A DNA stretch of 64,000 bases from a virus (lineage: Duplodnaviria > Heunggongvirae > Uroviricota > Caudoviricetes): IMG/VR virus record IMGVR_UViG_3300028914_000001, positions 157,489 through 221,488 of that record. One strand, 5' to 3'. The notes beneath the pieces were generated by a model. It saw only the letters and a list, made by a program, of their open reading frames with translations. It was not told where the DNA came from and did no database searches. Shown one piece after another: positions 30,358 through 40,391 of the stretch. The position numbers and the translations under genes were made by a program. How positions within the stretch are numbered: position 1 is the first letter of the stretch; the number at the start of each line of letters is the position of its first letter.

Positions 30358-32681
30358 TTTCAGGTCACTACACAGGGGAGCTTAAAACAGCTATCGACGA
30401 TGCCGCCGCACAGACTACCGACAGGGAAGGTGCATTCTACTCGATTCTGAATAAGTATGGCTTCTATGACATCGACGACGAAAACAACGGTCTAACCCCG
30501 TGGCAACGAGATTCGGTTCCAGATTACAACAAGCGACGCATGAGCGCACTCGCATCCGCAATCTCCGATATGATTAAGGATTTCCTTGGAAACGAGTCCT
30601 ACGGCGTGATGACAACTAAATTGGAAGAAATCATCAACAAGCTTGATGGCTTCCTTACATGTACCAAGTCAAAGACCGATACTTTGCAGGCAGGTATCTC
30701 CGCCAGTGGAGTTTTCGCCCCGGTCGGCGCCTCTGCAGAAAGCATGTATACAGCGAATGCCGCTGCAATGGGAATAAACCCGTATGACATTGACATTCTT
30801 CCGCCTCTCCTGATTGGATTGGGCGGACTTCCTATCAGCATGGGTTCATGCTTCCGTAGAGGACACTTTATGCCCGACTGGTCGTTCCTATATGACCATG
30901 AGATTAAGAAGAGTCCGACAATCTACGACTCGGAAGGAAGCCTATACATCGGTGCAGGCATCCCTCTCGACATCGGAGGCAGCACCCGTGAGATGGTTCT
31001 CAAAAAGATTTTTGCGGTAGTTACCGTTGACGAGAACGGCGAGCCGCAAGGTGATGTAAAGGGCGGCATTCAGGAAGAGCAATTTGAGCTTATCATGAAG
31101 GCATCCAATGCTGTTGTCGCCGGAAAGAGTTACAAAGACCTTGACAGCGATGTTAAAAACCTTAGCCTGACGGAATCACAGATTAGATTCTCCTTCTACC
31201 GCTATGTCCAAATGGCTGTGTGGGGCCCGATTGTATACAACCAGAACTGGCCTTACTACCATTGGGGCATGCTAAGCCACAATTCTTGCCCTGATTGCGT
31301 TAAAACCGCTTTGGTCAGCTACTTAAAGACTGCTGGTTTCGCTTGCGACGTAAGTGGAAACTTTGCGACATCAGCATTTTTGAGCTATTGCCTACGAACT
31401 GGAATGTATTACCATCTAGGCTACTCAAAACCAATCTCGATAGTTCCGCTCAAAGGGGACAGGTACATCCTTAACGGAACCGTAGTAACCCAAGACAAGA
31501 ATACAACGAGGTCAATTACCGTTGAAGGTGTTCCTCGTGACGAAAAACTCGCTAACTTATATTTTACTTACATTGCAGACATCCTTTCTCGACTGACATA
31601 CGGAACAAACCCGGAATCGCTCGACATGGATATGAGAAAACGCCGTTGCGACGAAGCAAACCTCATTTACAAGTATGTCGGATTTAATGCGCCGGAGTAC
31701 GGAACAGACCTATCTCGTATAGACAACCGCTGCAAGCGAATCAGCATGATTTCACGTAACTTGAAAGGCCTTGTCAACGCAAGAATCCTTGTCCACGAAA
31801 ACGTCGCATCCAGTTTACCCCCGGCAACCGACGTTACCATAGACAACAAGGCTAGCGAAGGCGAGATGTCAACAAGGACTAAGAACGTGATTACTTACCT
31901 CGCTCGTCTGGCTGGTGTAAAATATGTGATGGTAACTTCGCTTTACCGTAGTCCAGAAAAACAGGCGACCATCATGTTCAATAGCCTGCAAAAGAGTGGC
32001 CAGCCAACCGTCGCATACGGTTCACGGGGGCGAGCGGTAAATGACGAGTACGCTCGCATCTGGTACAAGTTTTATGGAAAGGGAAATGACGGTCTCGAAC
32101 CGAAGATTGCAAAGGACGGCTCAATAGTTACCGACCGTCTCGGAAAGCCAGTCTATGTACAGTCCTATGCCAAGGGGCCCTTCCCTCCTGGTTCTGCAGG
32201 TGCAAAGGCTGCACTGAACGCAATGATAGCAAAGTGCAAGGCATTAGGGTACGAAAACCCAGTCTCCAACCATACGAAGGACCCGAGCATTTCCCAATGT
32301 GTCGATATTGCGACTAGCGTATGTTATGCGAAGTTCCCGAAGGTTACGGAAGCACAGATGAAAAAATTCTCTTCAATCTGCTACATGTCATCCGAACCTT
32401 ACAAGAACAGCCCGAACGGAAAACAGGACAATACATATCAGACCCTTCTGATGGATTACTATGCTCCAAAGGGTTTTGGACCAAAAGAGGTGGACCCGTG
32501 CATCCACCTTGAAATCAGTCAGAAAGACCCTAAGTTGTCGATGTTCGATTCGGAAAACATGGACTTGACTCAGTTGCTACCAAAAATAGAGGTTGGCCTT
32601 GACAATAGCAACCTGACTGACGACAGCAACTGGGATAACGCCTACGCCAAGGACCACAACGACAAGCTTAACGCTTCTTAG
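30354..32681 (+). CDS. Modular peptidoglycan hydrolase: pesticin/T4-lysozyme-like plus M15-type Zn peptidase
   Basis: DWSFLYDHE..LYIGAGIPL..RRCDEANLI; VTSLYRSPEKQ..SNH..VDI..IHLE. Confidence 0.55.
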   Translation: MISGHYTGELKTAIDDAAAQTTDREGAFYSILNKYGFYDIDDENNGLTPWQRDSVPDYNKRRMSALASAISDMIKDFLGNESYGVMTTKLEEIINKLDGFLTCTKSKTDTLQAGISASGVFAPVGASAESMYTANAAAMGINPYDIDILPPLLIGLGGLPISMGSCFRRGHFMPDWSFLYDHEIKKSPTIYDSEGSLYIGAGIPLDIGGSTREMVLKKIFAVVTVDENGEPQGDVKGGIQEEQFELIMKASNAVVAGKSYKDLDSDVKNLSLTESQIRFSFYRYVQMAVWGPIVYNQNWPYYHWGMLSHNSCPDCVKTALVSYLKTAGFACDVSGNFATSAFLSYCLRTGMYYHLGYSKPISIVPLKGDRYILNGTVVTQDKNTTRSITVEGVPRDEKLANLYFTYIADILSRLTYGTNPESLDMDMRKRRCDEANLIYKYVGFNAPEYGTDLSRIDNRCKRISMISRNLKGLVNARILVHENVASSLPPATDVTIDNKASEGEMSTRTKNVITYLARLAGVKYVMVTSLYRSPEKQATIMFNSLQKSGQPTVAYGSRGRAVNDEYARIWYKFYGKGNDGLEPKIAKDGSIVTDRLGKPVYVQSYAKGPFPPGSAGAKAALNAMIAKCKALGYENPVSNHTKDPSISQCVDIATSVCYAKFPKVTEAQMKKFSSICYMSSEPYKNSPNGKQDNTYQTLLMDYYAPKGFGPKEVDPCIHLEISQKDPKLSMFDSENMDLTQLLPKIEVGLDNSNLTDDSNWDNAYAKDHNDKLNAS

Positions 32682-33783
32682 GGCGCCCGTATTTCATATT
32701 CAACATCATAATTCCAGCTTCGGAACTGTATGTGTGGGCCATGATAAATTCAGGGTCTACACAGCCGTCTGGCGTCATCTTGAATTCGGAGCAATTTAGA
32801 ACAGCCTCGTTAATATCCTTTACCTTGCCGCCGAAGCCCTTTGACTGAGGGTTGTCATTGCGGAATTTTGACCAGTCGAACCACCTGAACCCCATATTCA
32901 TAACAGTACGAAGGTCATCAATACCAGCGTCGTCAGCATCGAAGATGATAACGCCGTTTTCCTTGTACTCGGTGAAGTTCGGGTTTGCCTCGACAAAGCT
33001 CTTGAAATGTTTCAAACCACCGACAGCAACCGAGTTCTTGATAAAGGTAGAGTCGATTGCACCTTCAAGCATGAAGAACGGCCTGTTGAAATGTAGAAAG
33101 TCGCCATTGTACAACTCACGCTTAGCGCCCGCATAGTTTCGATAGCGCATCTTCGATTGGTCACTCAAATCTCTGGCATCGAACTGAACCCATGAACCAC
33201 CAAAACGGTAGTATGGAATAATCAAACGGTTTCCATACTCGTTCCCGGTAGGAAGACCATAAGCATTCAACTTCAAGGTTCCATCAGGGTTCTTATCCAA
33301 GAAGCGCTTATCCCTCTTGCATACGAACCAATCCTTATACACCTTTTCTCTTATGCGGCGGTTCTGGCAAAACTCAACAGCTCTCCGGGCATCGGCATCA
33401 TTCGGGTCATCAAGGGGGACAAGTTCACCTTCTTTGAACGGGTACGCACCCTCGACATAGACACGTTTGTGATGCTCCTGCGGATTTTTCTTACCCTCGC
33501 AATGCAAGGTAAAAATAAGCTTATTGTAAAGTTCAGGATATGACTCCTTGAACTCCCACATGACATGGTGCATCGGATGACATTTGTAGCAAACGAAGTT
33601 CCATGTATCCTTGTACACATATGCCTTGCGTTCAGGTTTCTGGAACTCGCTGACATTCATATTCCCGCAATACGGGCATACGAAGTTAAACGAGTTGAAG
33701 TCTTCAACCATGTGATACTGGCCGAAGGCAGTCTCAACTGCGTTTCTCATATCTGCATCAGGAATGTCCCTAAAATCATACAT
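32668..33783 (-). CDS. gp61: DNA primase, T4 gp61-like
   Basis: CPYCG...CYKC zinc finger; RLIIP; TOPRIM EGAIDS and FDAD. Confidence 0.9.
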   Translation of the reverse strand: MYDFRDIPDADMRNAVETAFGQYHMVEDFNSFNFVCPYCGNMNVSEFQKPERKAYVYKDTWNFVCYKCHPMHHVMWEFKESYPELYNKLIFTLHCEGKKNPQEHHKRVYVEGAYPFKEGELVPLDDPNDADARRAVEFCQNRRIREKVYKDWFVCKRDKRFLDKNPDGTLKLNAYGLPTGNEYGNRLIIPYYRFGGSWVQFDARDLSDQSKMRYRNYAGAKRELYNGDFLHFNRPFFMLEGAIDSTFIKNSVAVGGLKHFKSFVEANPNFTEYKENGVIIFDADDAGIDDLRTVMNMGFRWFDWSKFRNDNPQSKGFGGKVKDINEAVLNCSEFKMTPDGCVDPEFIMAHTYSSEAGIMMLNMKYGRPKKR

Positions 33784-34676
33784 TATGCAAAGTAGTCCAC
33801 GTTAGATACAATTTTTACGCTAAATTCAGAGCTTGCCACAACAATGTTAATCTCGCTTCTTGGAGCATCTTTCTCCGTATTCTTCGGGTCCAGGAGGGCA
33901 CCCGGCTTCACTATATAACCCTTCATGGTCATAAGGTCATTTGCGCTGTTCTTGAAACGGCGAAGTTCAATGTTCACATCGCCGCCGATGGTATCCATGA
34001 AACGGAGAGAACCCGACGGGAACAATCTCTGCCTTCCGCCAGCAAATGTATCAAGGCATTCAGCCTCGTCTTCGACAAAGAAGCAATGTTCGTCAATCTT
34101 TCTGGTGATTTGCTGGGTTCCGCTGCCCTTGATTAGCATGCGGCATTGCAAGTCGTTGGTGACCGTAATCGAAAGAGCCTTGCAGCTAGCAATCAACTTA
34201 ATATCCTTCACGATACTGTGTAGGATTTCTGCATTGAAACCAAGGCGAGCGACAAGCTTCAACTGTTCGTTGAAGATTTTCATGTATTTTTTGTCGGCAT
34301 ACACAGAATCGTCGGCCACGCCGATACGAGCGTCCTTGTCCTTACCAATGAAAATGATGTTGTCATAGTCCAATCCACGGATAGTCTTTTCACGGGCAAC
34401 CTTGATTTCACACTTCGGGAAACCCGTAGCTTCGGCATACTTGATGAAGTCCGGGAGAGAGGAAATCTGAAGACGAGGTTCGTCGAAGCAAACGTCGTTT
34501 TCAGTGGCGATAACATGCACCATCGCACTGTCGCAAATACCATTGAAGTAGTATTTCCCGGTATACTGTCCATCGCTGCCCTTACCTTTGAATATAAGAC
34601 CAGCTTTCATTTTCATCATTGAGTTAATTGTCTTCAATACATTGAAGTATTCTTGGCTAATTCGTACGACGCCCAT
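33783..34676 (-). CDS. gp45: Sliding clamp, T4 gp45-like
   Basis: ISQEYFNVLKTINS resembles the gp45 start (LSKDTTALLKNFATINS); located in the replication operon. Confidence 0.6.
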   Translation of the reverse strand: MGVVRISQEYFNVLKTINSMMKMKAGLIFKGKGSDGQYTGKYYFNGICDSAMVHVIATENDVCFDEPRLQISSLPDFIKYAEATGFPKCEIKVAREKTIRGLDYDNIIFIGKDKDARIGVADDSVYADKKYMKIFNEQLKLVARLGFNAEILHSIVKDIKLIASCKALSITVTNDLQCRMLIKGSGTQQITRKIDEHCFFVEDEAECLDTFAGGRQRLFPSGSLRFMDTIGGDVNIELRRFKNSANDLMTMKGYIVKPGALLDPKNTEKDAPRSEINIVVASSEFSVKIVSNVDYFA

Positions 34677-34700
34677 ATGAGACCTCTTTTTTAATAATAA

Positions 34701-34729
34701 AATATAGTACGAAAAGACCCCTTTTGCAA
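34701..34729 (-). promoter_or_regulatory. sigma70-like promoter TTGCAA-17-TATATT overlapping a hairpin
   Basis: Exact 17-nt spacing; aagacccc...ggggtctt stem at 34712-34737. Confidence 0.6.
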
Positions 34730-34767
34730 GGGGTCTTAAAAAAGAATCTATCTAGCAACCTATATGG

Positions 34768-35922
34768 TTAAAAAATAACCTTTCGCTGATACCTATCATT
34801 CGAACACAAGGCAACCTGCTTTCCTGCCGCAGTTTCCGCAAAAATAACGGAACTGTCGTGAATGCTGCCCAGAAGGATGTTCATGATACGGCACTTAACG
34901 GCAAACGGAGAAAATTCCTTAGCTTCGCCAACTGAAACCATTTTGAAGATTTCACCGTACTTTTCCTTCCAAGTGATGCCGACATTGCGAGGACCGATGT
35001 ATTCAAACGTCAGCACGTCATTCTTGTTGGTGGCGGCGAGGTTCTCACAAAGCTTCGGAATAGCTTCATCAAATGTCGTACCTGGGGTAATGAACTTGGT
35101 TTCGCCATCCTTGAAGACCAAGGTTTCATACTTGCTCGGACCGACATTGGCAACCACAGTGATTGTACCGTCACTAGCCATGATTGATTGAGACTTTTCG
35201 TCGTAGTCGATAGTCACTGTTCCCACACCAATAAAGGACAGCAGCTTCATAGTAGACTTGCTCACGTTAAAGGCAAAGTTCGGGGTATTCTTAGAGTTTC
35301 CAGCATTACTCATATTGTAACGAGTAACCACAGACATATCGTCGTTACCGACACGGAACGAAACCACCCCAGACTTTCTGCAGATGTCTACGTCGGCAAA
35401 GAAATCGCTGAGACTGAACAGTTCAACCATGTCACCCTGTTCCATATCAAATGTGGCACTAGATTCGCCGAACACGGCTTCGTCGAACGGTTCCACATTA
35501 ACCATTTCAGCTTCGTACGAGAATATCGGCTCGGCTTCTTCCACCGAAGCAACTTCTGTGCCCGCCGCTTCATCTTCGCCCTTTTTCACAGTAAGGTCGG
35601 AGACATCAGGTGCCTTCAAGAATCCAGCAACATGGATGGTATCGCCCTGTCGCATGAGTGCAATCTGTTCGCTGTTGATACAGGTGTTGAGCGCCTTACC
35701 AAGGAAACGGGCATTAAAGTAAAACTCGTTGCAGTCATCGAAGTCAGACACATCGTAGTCTCCAATCCATATCGGAGTCTTGATTTTAAGACCGCATTTC
35801 AGAGTGAAATACACCTCTTTTTTGCCGACAACCACCTTAACTGGTTCATCAGCACTTTCCACACCACCAATAAGCGATGCCGCATAACGAAGAGCCGGAG
35901 AATTTGTATCAAAAAGTATCAT
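34768..35922 (-). CDS. Putative second clamp-fold protein (DnaN/beta-clamp-like, 384 aa)
   Basis: Size; three beta-then-helix units (FYFNARFLGKAL, FNVSKSTMKLL, FAVKCRIMNILL) resembling the clamp FNxxYL motif; adjacent to the gp45-like gene. Confidence 0.4.
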   Translation of the reverse strand: MILFDTNSPALRYAASLIGGVESADEPVKVVVGKKEVYFTLKCGLKIKTPIWIGDYDVSDFDDCNEFYFNARFLGKALNTCINSEQIALMRQGDTIHVAGFLKAPDVSDLTVKKGEDEAAGTEVASVEEAEPIFSYEAEMVNVEPFDEAVFGESSATFDMEQGDMVELFSLSDFFADVDICRKSGVVSFRVGNDDMSVVTRYNMSNAGNSKNTPNFAFNVSKSTMKLLSFIGVGTVTIDYDEKSQSIMASDGTITVVANVGPSKYETLVFKDGETKFITPGTTFDEAIPKLCENLAATNKNDVLTFEYIGPRNVGITWKEKYGEIFKMVSVGEAKEFSPFAVKCRIMNILLGSIHDSSVIFAETAAGKQVALCSNDRYQRKVIF

Positions 35923-35969
35923 ATAACTTCCATTAGTTTACTTTCTACATTAAAATACATTATTCCAAC

Positions 35970-35996
35970 AAAAAAGACGTGCCTTTCGGCACGCCT
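35970..35996 (-). terminator. Intrinsic terminator after gp32
   Basis: cgtgcc-tttc-ggcacg (GAAA loop on minus) with an A-run. Confidence 0.7.
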
Positions 35997-36028
35997 CTCA
36001 CCACTTTCTCTCTCTTTGTTGACATACT

Positions 36029-36048
36029 CCCACGACTAAAGTCGTGGG
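36029..36048. repeat. Perfect palindrome CCCACGACT-AA-AGTCGTGGG, resembling an IS200/IS605 end hairpin
   Basis: 9-bp perfect inverted repeat between the gp32 stop and its terminator. Confidence 0.5.
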
Positions 36049-36065
36049 CTTTCAGTTCAGCGTAA

Positions 36066-37493
36066 TTAGAACGGAAGGTCATCATCCTTGAATGCTGGTG
36101 CATTCTGCTGCATGGCCGGAGTCTGAGCCTGAGCAGTCATCTGCGGTTGAGCAGCAGCGTTGAGCTGCGGCTGAGCCGGATTGCTGAACTGCGGCTGTGC
36201 AGGGGTATTGAACTGCGGTTGGGCCGGAGCATTAAACAGCGGCTGTGCAGGAGCGGATGCCTGAACCGGGGTCGTCATCTGTGGTTGAGCGGCAGCGTTT
36301 AACTGCGGCTGAGCCGGAGATACAACAGTCGGCTGAGCAAGCGGAGTACCACCCATTCCGTTCAAAGACGGCTGTACAGGAGCATTCTGTTGCGGCTGAG
36401 CGTTAGCAGCAGGATTGATGGTCGGAGGAGTCACGAACGGGGTCTGTGCAGGCTGTTGCGGCTGAGCGTTAGCGGCGAAGCCAGCAGCGGCACCAGCATA
36501 GTTACCATTCGGATTCGGACGTGCTGCAGGAGCAGACGTGTTCGGAGTGATGTCGTCAGCACCGCCAACAGCAGCGTTACCACTCTGCGACACCAACCAA
36601 TCATTCAACATTTTTTGTGCTGTCTTATAGTCAGGAGCGAGGTCTTCCTTCTGGTATTCATCAAGGTCCACACACTGACTAAGGATTGCATAGACTTCCT
36701 CTTGTGTGTTAGCCAAGTTGCTCGGCTGGTCAACAAACTTACTGTTATCATAGCTGTTGATTGGCTTGCCGTCGATTTCCTTGCTGGATTCCTGGCAAGT
36801 GACAATGAAGTCACGTCCGCCAATAACCTGTTCAGGGTAGAAGCGGGAAGCCGTCTTCATTTCGAATGCGTCAGGGACGAATTCAGAATCCTTGGCATAA
36901 CGGTTCGCCTTGACGTTGCGCCACCTTCTCTTGGCAACAACTTCAGGTTCACGAGGATAGTCAAGCCATTCGTTCACCTTCACGGAATGGTCCCAAATCT
37001 TCACCGCACCATCAAATTCCGGCTTTACGTTATCAGCACGAATAAGGGTGTTGGCAACGTAGGAAGTTGAAGCCTGATTCAACTGGTTCACCTTCAATTC
37101 AGCAGCAGCGGCAGCATCGCCAGCATCTGCAGCCTTTTTAAGCATAGCCCAACGGTTGAACGTCCAGTCGCAGAAAGGACAGATATCCTTCTGCTTGATA
37201 CCATCGTAGGTAGTCTTCAAGCACTTAAAGTACTTCTTTTCACCATTTCCAATACGGAGATAATGGACCATAATCTTACGGAACGGGGACGGATTTGCCC
37301 TGTCGTAGTCCAGGTTTCCCTGAGCGTCACGTTTCATGTTCGGAAGAATACGGACCTGAGCCGAATAGGTCTTGTGGTCCTGGTCCAACCTGGTTTTCCA
37401 GACACGTTCGTCAACCTTATGTGTCGGTTCGGTTGAATTTTGAGGGAGGGAGCCCGCAACGGGCACGTAGTTCATGTCAATGTTATTAGTCAT
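36066..37493 (-). CDS. gp32: Single-stranded DNA-binding protein, T4 gp32-like, with long Q/P/A tail
   Basis: DERVWK..VRILP..H..KCLKT..CPFC..GRDF..SYDNSKF; ends DDDLPF. Confidence 0.85.
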   Translation of the reverse strand: MTNNIDMNYVPVAGSLPQNSTEPTHKVDERVWKTRLDQDHKTYSAQVRILPNMKRDAQGNLDYDRANPSPFRKIMVHYLRIGNGEKKYFKCLKTTYDGIKQKDICPFCDWTFNRWAMLKKAADAGDAAAAAELKVNQLNQASTSYVANTLIRADNVKPEFDGAVKIWDHSVKVNEWLDYPREPEVVAKRRWRNVKANRYAKDSEFVPDAFEMKTASRFYPEQVIGGRDFIVTCQESSKEIDGKPINSYDNSKFVDQPSNLANTQEEVYAILSQCVDLDEYQKEDLAPDYKTAQKMLNDWLVSQSGNAAVGGADDITPNTSAPAARPNPNGNYAGAAAGFAANAQPQQPAQTPFVTPPTINPAANAQPQQNAPVQPSLNGMGGTPLAQPTVVSPAQPQLNAAAQPQMTTPVQASAPAQPLFNAPAQPQFNTPAQPQFSNPAQPQLNAAAQPQMTAQAQTPAMQQNAPAFKDDDLPF

Positions 37494-37583
37494 GTTATTA
37501 CCTTCTGTTAAATTACTCTGTTATTAACTGAGGATTTCTCCTCGATTAAAGTTTATACAGTGAGCAATCATATAACAAAACAT

Positions 37584-37612
37584 AATATAACTTATTCCAA
37601 ATGCAAATGCAA
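37584..37612 (-). promoter_or_regulatory. sigma70-like promoter TTGCAT-17-TATATT for gp32 (late-like TATAAACTTT also at 37548-37557)
   Basis: Exact 17-nt spacing. Confidence 0.6.
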
Positions 37613-37617
37613 GGGTG

Positions 37618-38316
37618 CTATTGCATTTTTTTCTTCTTTTCGTATTCCAACGCTTCCGCTTGCTGACGCTTGTATTCAAGCATCTTTGCCTGTTCGGTTT
37701 TGTGCATGGTTTCCACGACTTCCCTCAGGTTCTCAGGAGTTTTGTAATCCTCTTCGTCAGCATGGAGTTCATTCAGGGCGTCCTCGATGTCGTCGAACAA
37801 GTCGTCAATGTTCCATTCGAGGTGGGCGACCACCTTGCTCTTAATGGTAGCAAAGTCGAATACGTTTCTTTCTTCCTTGCTCAACTCGGTATCTTCCACC
37901 TCGTCTGCATGGTTCGGGTTGTAATCGTCACGAATCTTGACACACTGCTGGCCCTTGTCGTCCACATAGGTCTCGGTAATCTCTTCGGCTTCCTTCTGGT
38001 CGAGAACCTTCTCATATTCAATCTCCGAAGCTTCGGTGTACTCATCTGCAATGCCGAAGTAGCTCTTTCCGACCCACTTCTTTTCAGGAGCGCTCTCACG
38101 AATCTTCTGAATCCATTTCTTATAGTGTTCGGTTTCGACAAGCTGGTAAGCCTTAGGCCCGGTCGGCAGGAACGGAGTATCGTCAAGCATCTTGCTATGG
38201 CCCGTCGCAGTCAGCCTCTGCATGTCAGCGTTCAACAGAGCAAGTTGTTTCTTCTTTTCTTGCTTGTTCTCTTCAATCACCTGTCTGTCTTTTTTCGTAA
38301 GTGTGCATCTTTGCAT
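37618..38316 (-). CDS. Charged hypothetical protein in the replication operon
   Basis: 232-aa ORF, K/E-rich, co-oriented with neighbours. Confidence 0.6.
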   Translation of the reverse strand: MQRCTLTKKDRQVIEENKQEKKKQLALLNADMQRLTATGHSKMLDDTPFLPTGPKAYQLVETEHYKKWIQKIRESAPEKKWVGKSYFGIADEYTEASEIEYEKVLDQKEAEEITETYVDDKGQQCVKIRDDYNPNHADEVEDTELSKEERNVFDFATIKSKVVAHLEWNIDDLFDDIEDALNELHADEEDYKTPENLREVVETMHKTEQAKMLEYKRQQAEALEYEKKKKMQ

Positions 38317-38317
38317 A

Positions 38318-38731
38318 TTATTTCCCCTTTTCCAAACGTGCTATAATTCTTTCTTTCAATCCCGGCGGCAAACTAGACTTGTCAAGTTCAAGCCGCCCTT
38401 CTCGCTTAGCCTTCTCGAAACCGTCAGAAATCTGGTCAACAATCAACTCGATTATATCGTCAGAAAACACGTTCTTGACAAGGAAGTCGAGGTCGAAATA
38501 TTCGTCCAGACTCGATACAATCTCGAACATGCCTATTTGAGAATCGGATTCATGCAAGAGCTGATAAACCGATTCTATACATTCGTTAAAGTAATTAGCC
38601 CGGTCCTTAATCAGCGGTTCAGGCATACTGAACAGCCCACAAGTTCCGTCGACTGCGGACGGGGTCGAGAACATAGCCTCAATCTTTCCGCAAATCATCT
38701 GCCTCTGGTGTTCATCTAGGATAGTAAACAT
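38318..38731 (-). CDS. Hypothetical protein
   Basis: Start revised to ATG 38731, below the hairpin at 38733-38759. Confidence 0.55.
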   Translation of the reverse strand: MFTILDEHQRQMICGKIEAMFSTPSAVDGTCGLFSMPEPLIKDRANYFNECIESVYQLLHESDSQIGMFEIVSSLDEYFDLDFLVKNVFSDDIIELIVDQISDGFEKAKREGRLELDKSSLPPGLKERIIARLEKGK

Positions 38732-38770
38732 AAAAACCCAGTAGTTCAATCTACTGGGTAAAATACATTT

Positions 38771-40270
38771 TTAATATAGAATCTCTACCGCCTCTACTGG
38801 CTTTTCCTTCTTCTGCCGTTGTTGAGGCTGAGGCTGAGGCTGCTGCAGCGGAGGTTGTTGTGCCTGAGGCTGGGGACCTCGATACTGGTTCCTCTGTTCA
38901 AACTCTTCCTGCAACATCGATTCCTTTTGGATACTCTCGATAAGTTCCATATCCTCGGGGTCAATATCGCTGAGTCGCATGTGAGGCCAATCGACCTTTA
39001 CATTGAACTGAACATCAGCCGAGCCCATTCGGTTCTTGCTAATCGTCACGCACAGGAACCCTGCCTTTTTCAAGGCAACGTCACGAACGATGATGTAGTA
39101 GAAGTCCACCGTATCGCCAAGACCCATGGAACCTGATGTCTGGTCCATGCCGATATCCTTCATGCGGTAGCCAGCTCGTTGCATCTGCGTTCCCGTCAAG
39201 ATAGCCATATCCCTGTTGACGGCCATGTTTCTCAACTGTTCTGCGGCATACAAGATTTTCTGGTAACTGCCTTCATGCGGACTGTATGTACCCGCATTCG
39301 GGCTCATGATACCAATGTAGTCAACAACCAAGAAGTCAATCTTGACCCCTTCCAGCTGTTCCAATTCGGAAAGATAAGCCTCGATGTCATCAGGTGTAGT
39401 CTTACGGGTAGGCATCCAGTTGATGTACAAGTTACCAGGAGTGGCGAGTTCCGGGGCATGGGAATCTTGAAGTCTGACAATAACTTCCTCATCGTCCATC
39501 TTAGCGATGTCATAACGAGACACATCAAGAATAGCGCTTGTGACACGTTCCCAAATCTTCGCCGCATCAAGTTCAAGGCTGATATACACCACGTTGTAAC
39601 CGAGCGTGGCAGCAAATGCAGCCTCGTTAACCATGAACATCGACTTACCACCGCCAGATGTACCGCCAACAAGGCTTAGGCACTTGCGGAAATAACCACC
39701 ACATGTTCCCTGTGCATCAGGGGTTTCGCTTGTAAACCGTCTTATCGCCTCAATCTTAGATGGAATACTCTTTTCCATGCTACCAAGTCTTGCCTTAGCA
39801 GCCCTGGCATCACGAATATAATGTATACCCATGTTAGTATTAAGCCGGAAGTTTAGCGCATCCTGCAACTTCGGCATAATCCCACGCATGGCGGTCGGGT
39901 CCTTGCCATGCATGTGGAGGGCGTATTCTTCCATCAATCGTTGGGATACCTGAAACTTGAAATAATTTTCAATGGTCTCTTTCTTTATGTCAGGAGCGAT
40001 TACCCCAATAGGCTTCGTAATCTTTAAGAGCTGTTCCTTCGCCTCGTCACTATATCCGGGATTCTGGTTCAGACCAGTAACAAGTTCTTGGGCAGTCGGG
40101 TAACGACTATATTTCCGATGAAACGCATTAACAAGATGAACAATCTGCTTATTCGCCTTATCATCGAAATATTCTTCTTTCATCTTGTCAGTGATACGTA
40201 AACGGACATTTTCATCCTCAAAGAAGCATCTCAGGACATAATCTTCATCACTCAAATCCGCTACTATCAT
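38771..40270 (-). CDS. gp41: Replicative helicase, T4 gp41/DnaB-like
   Basis: Walker A GGTSGGGKS, YISLE, VVDYIGI, TGTQ, KNRMG. Confidence 0.92.
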   Translation of the reverse strand: MIVADLSDEDYVLRCFFEDENVRLRITDKMKEEYFDDKANKQIVHLVNAFHRKYSRYPTAQELVTGLNQNPGYSDEAKEQLLKITKPIGVIAPDIKKETIENYFKFQVSQRLMEEYALHMHGKDPTAMRGIMPKLQDALNFRLNTNMGIHYIRDARAAKARLGSMEKSIPSKIEAIRRFTSETPDAQGTCGGYFRKCLSLVGGTSGGGKSMFMVNEAAFAATLGYNVVYISLELDAAKIWERVTSAILDVSRYDIAKMDDEEVIVRLQDSHAPELATPGNLYINWMPTRKTTPDDIEAYLSELEQLEGVKIDFLVVDYIGIMSPNAGTYSPHEGSYQKILYAAEQLRNMAVNRDMAILTGTQMQRAGYRMKDIGMDQTSGSMGLGDTVDFYYIIVRDVALKKAGFLCVTISKNRMGSADVQFNVKVDWPHMRLSDIDPEDMELIESIQKESMLQEEFEQRNQYRGPQPQAQQPPLQQPQPQPQQRQKKEKPVEAVEILY

Positions 40271-40338
40271 ATTACACCTTAACGTTAGTTATTTCATCAA
40301 TATATAAAGATACATTATCAACAAATCTTTGGCAAGAG

Positions 40339-40376
40339 AAAAAACCAGGCGGAATTACAAATATCCGCCTGGTTTT
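40339..40376 (-). terminator. Intrinsic terminator after uvsX, next to a TTGCCA-17-TATCTT promoter for gp41
   Basis: aaaaccaggcgga...tccgcctggtttt. Confidence 0.7.
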
Positions 40377-40391
40377 AATTAGGTATTTCTG

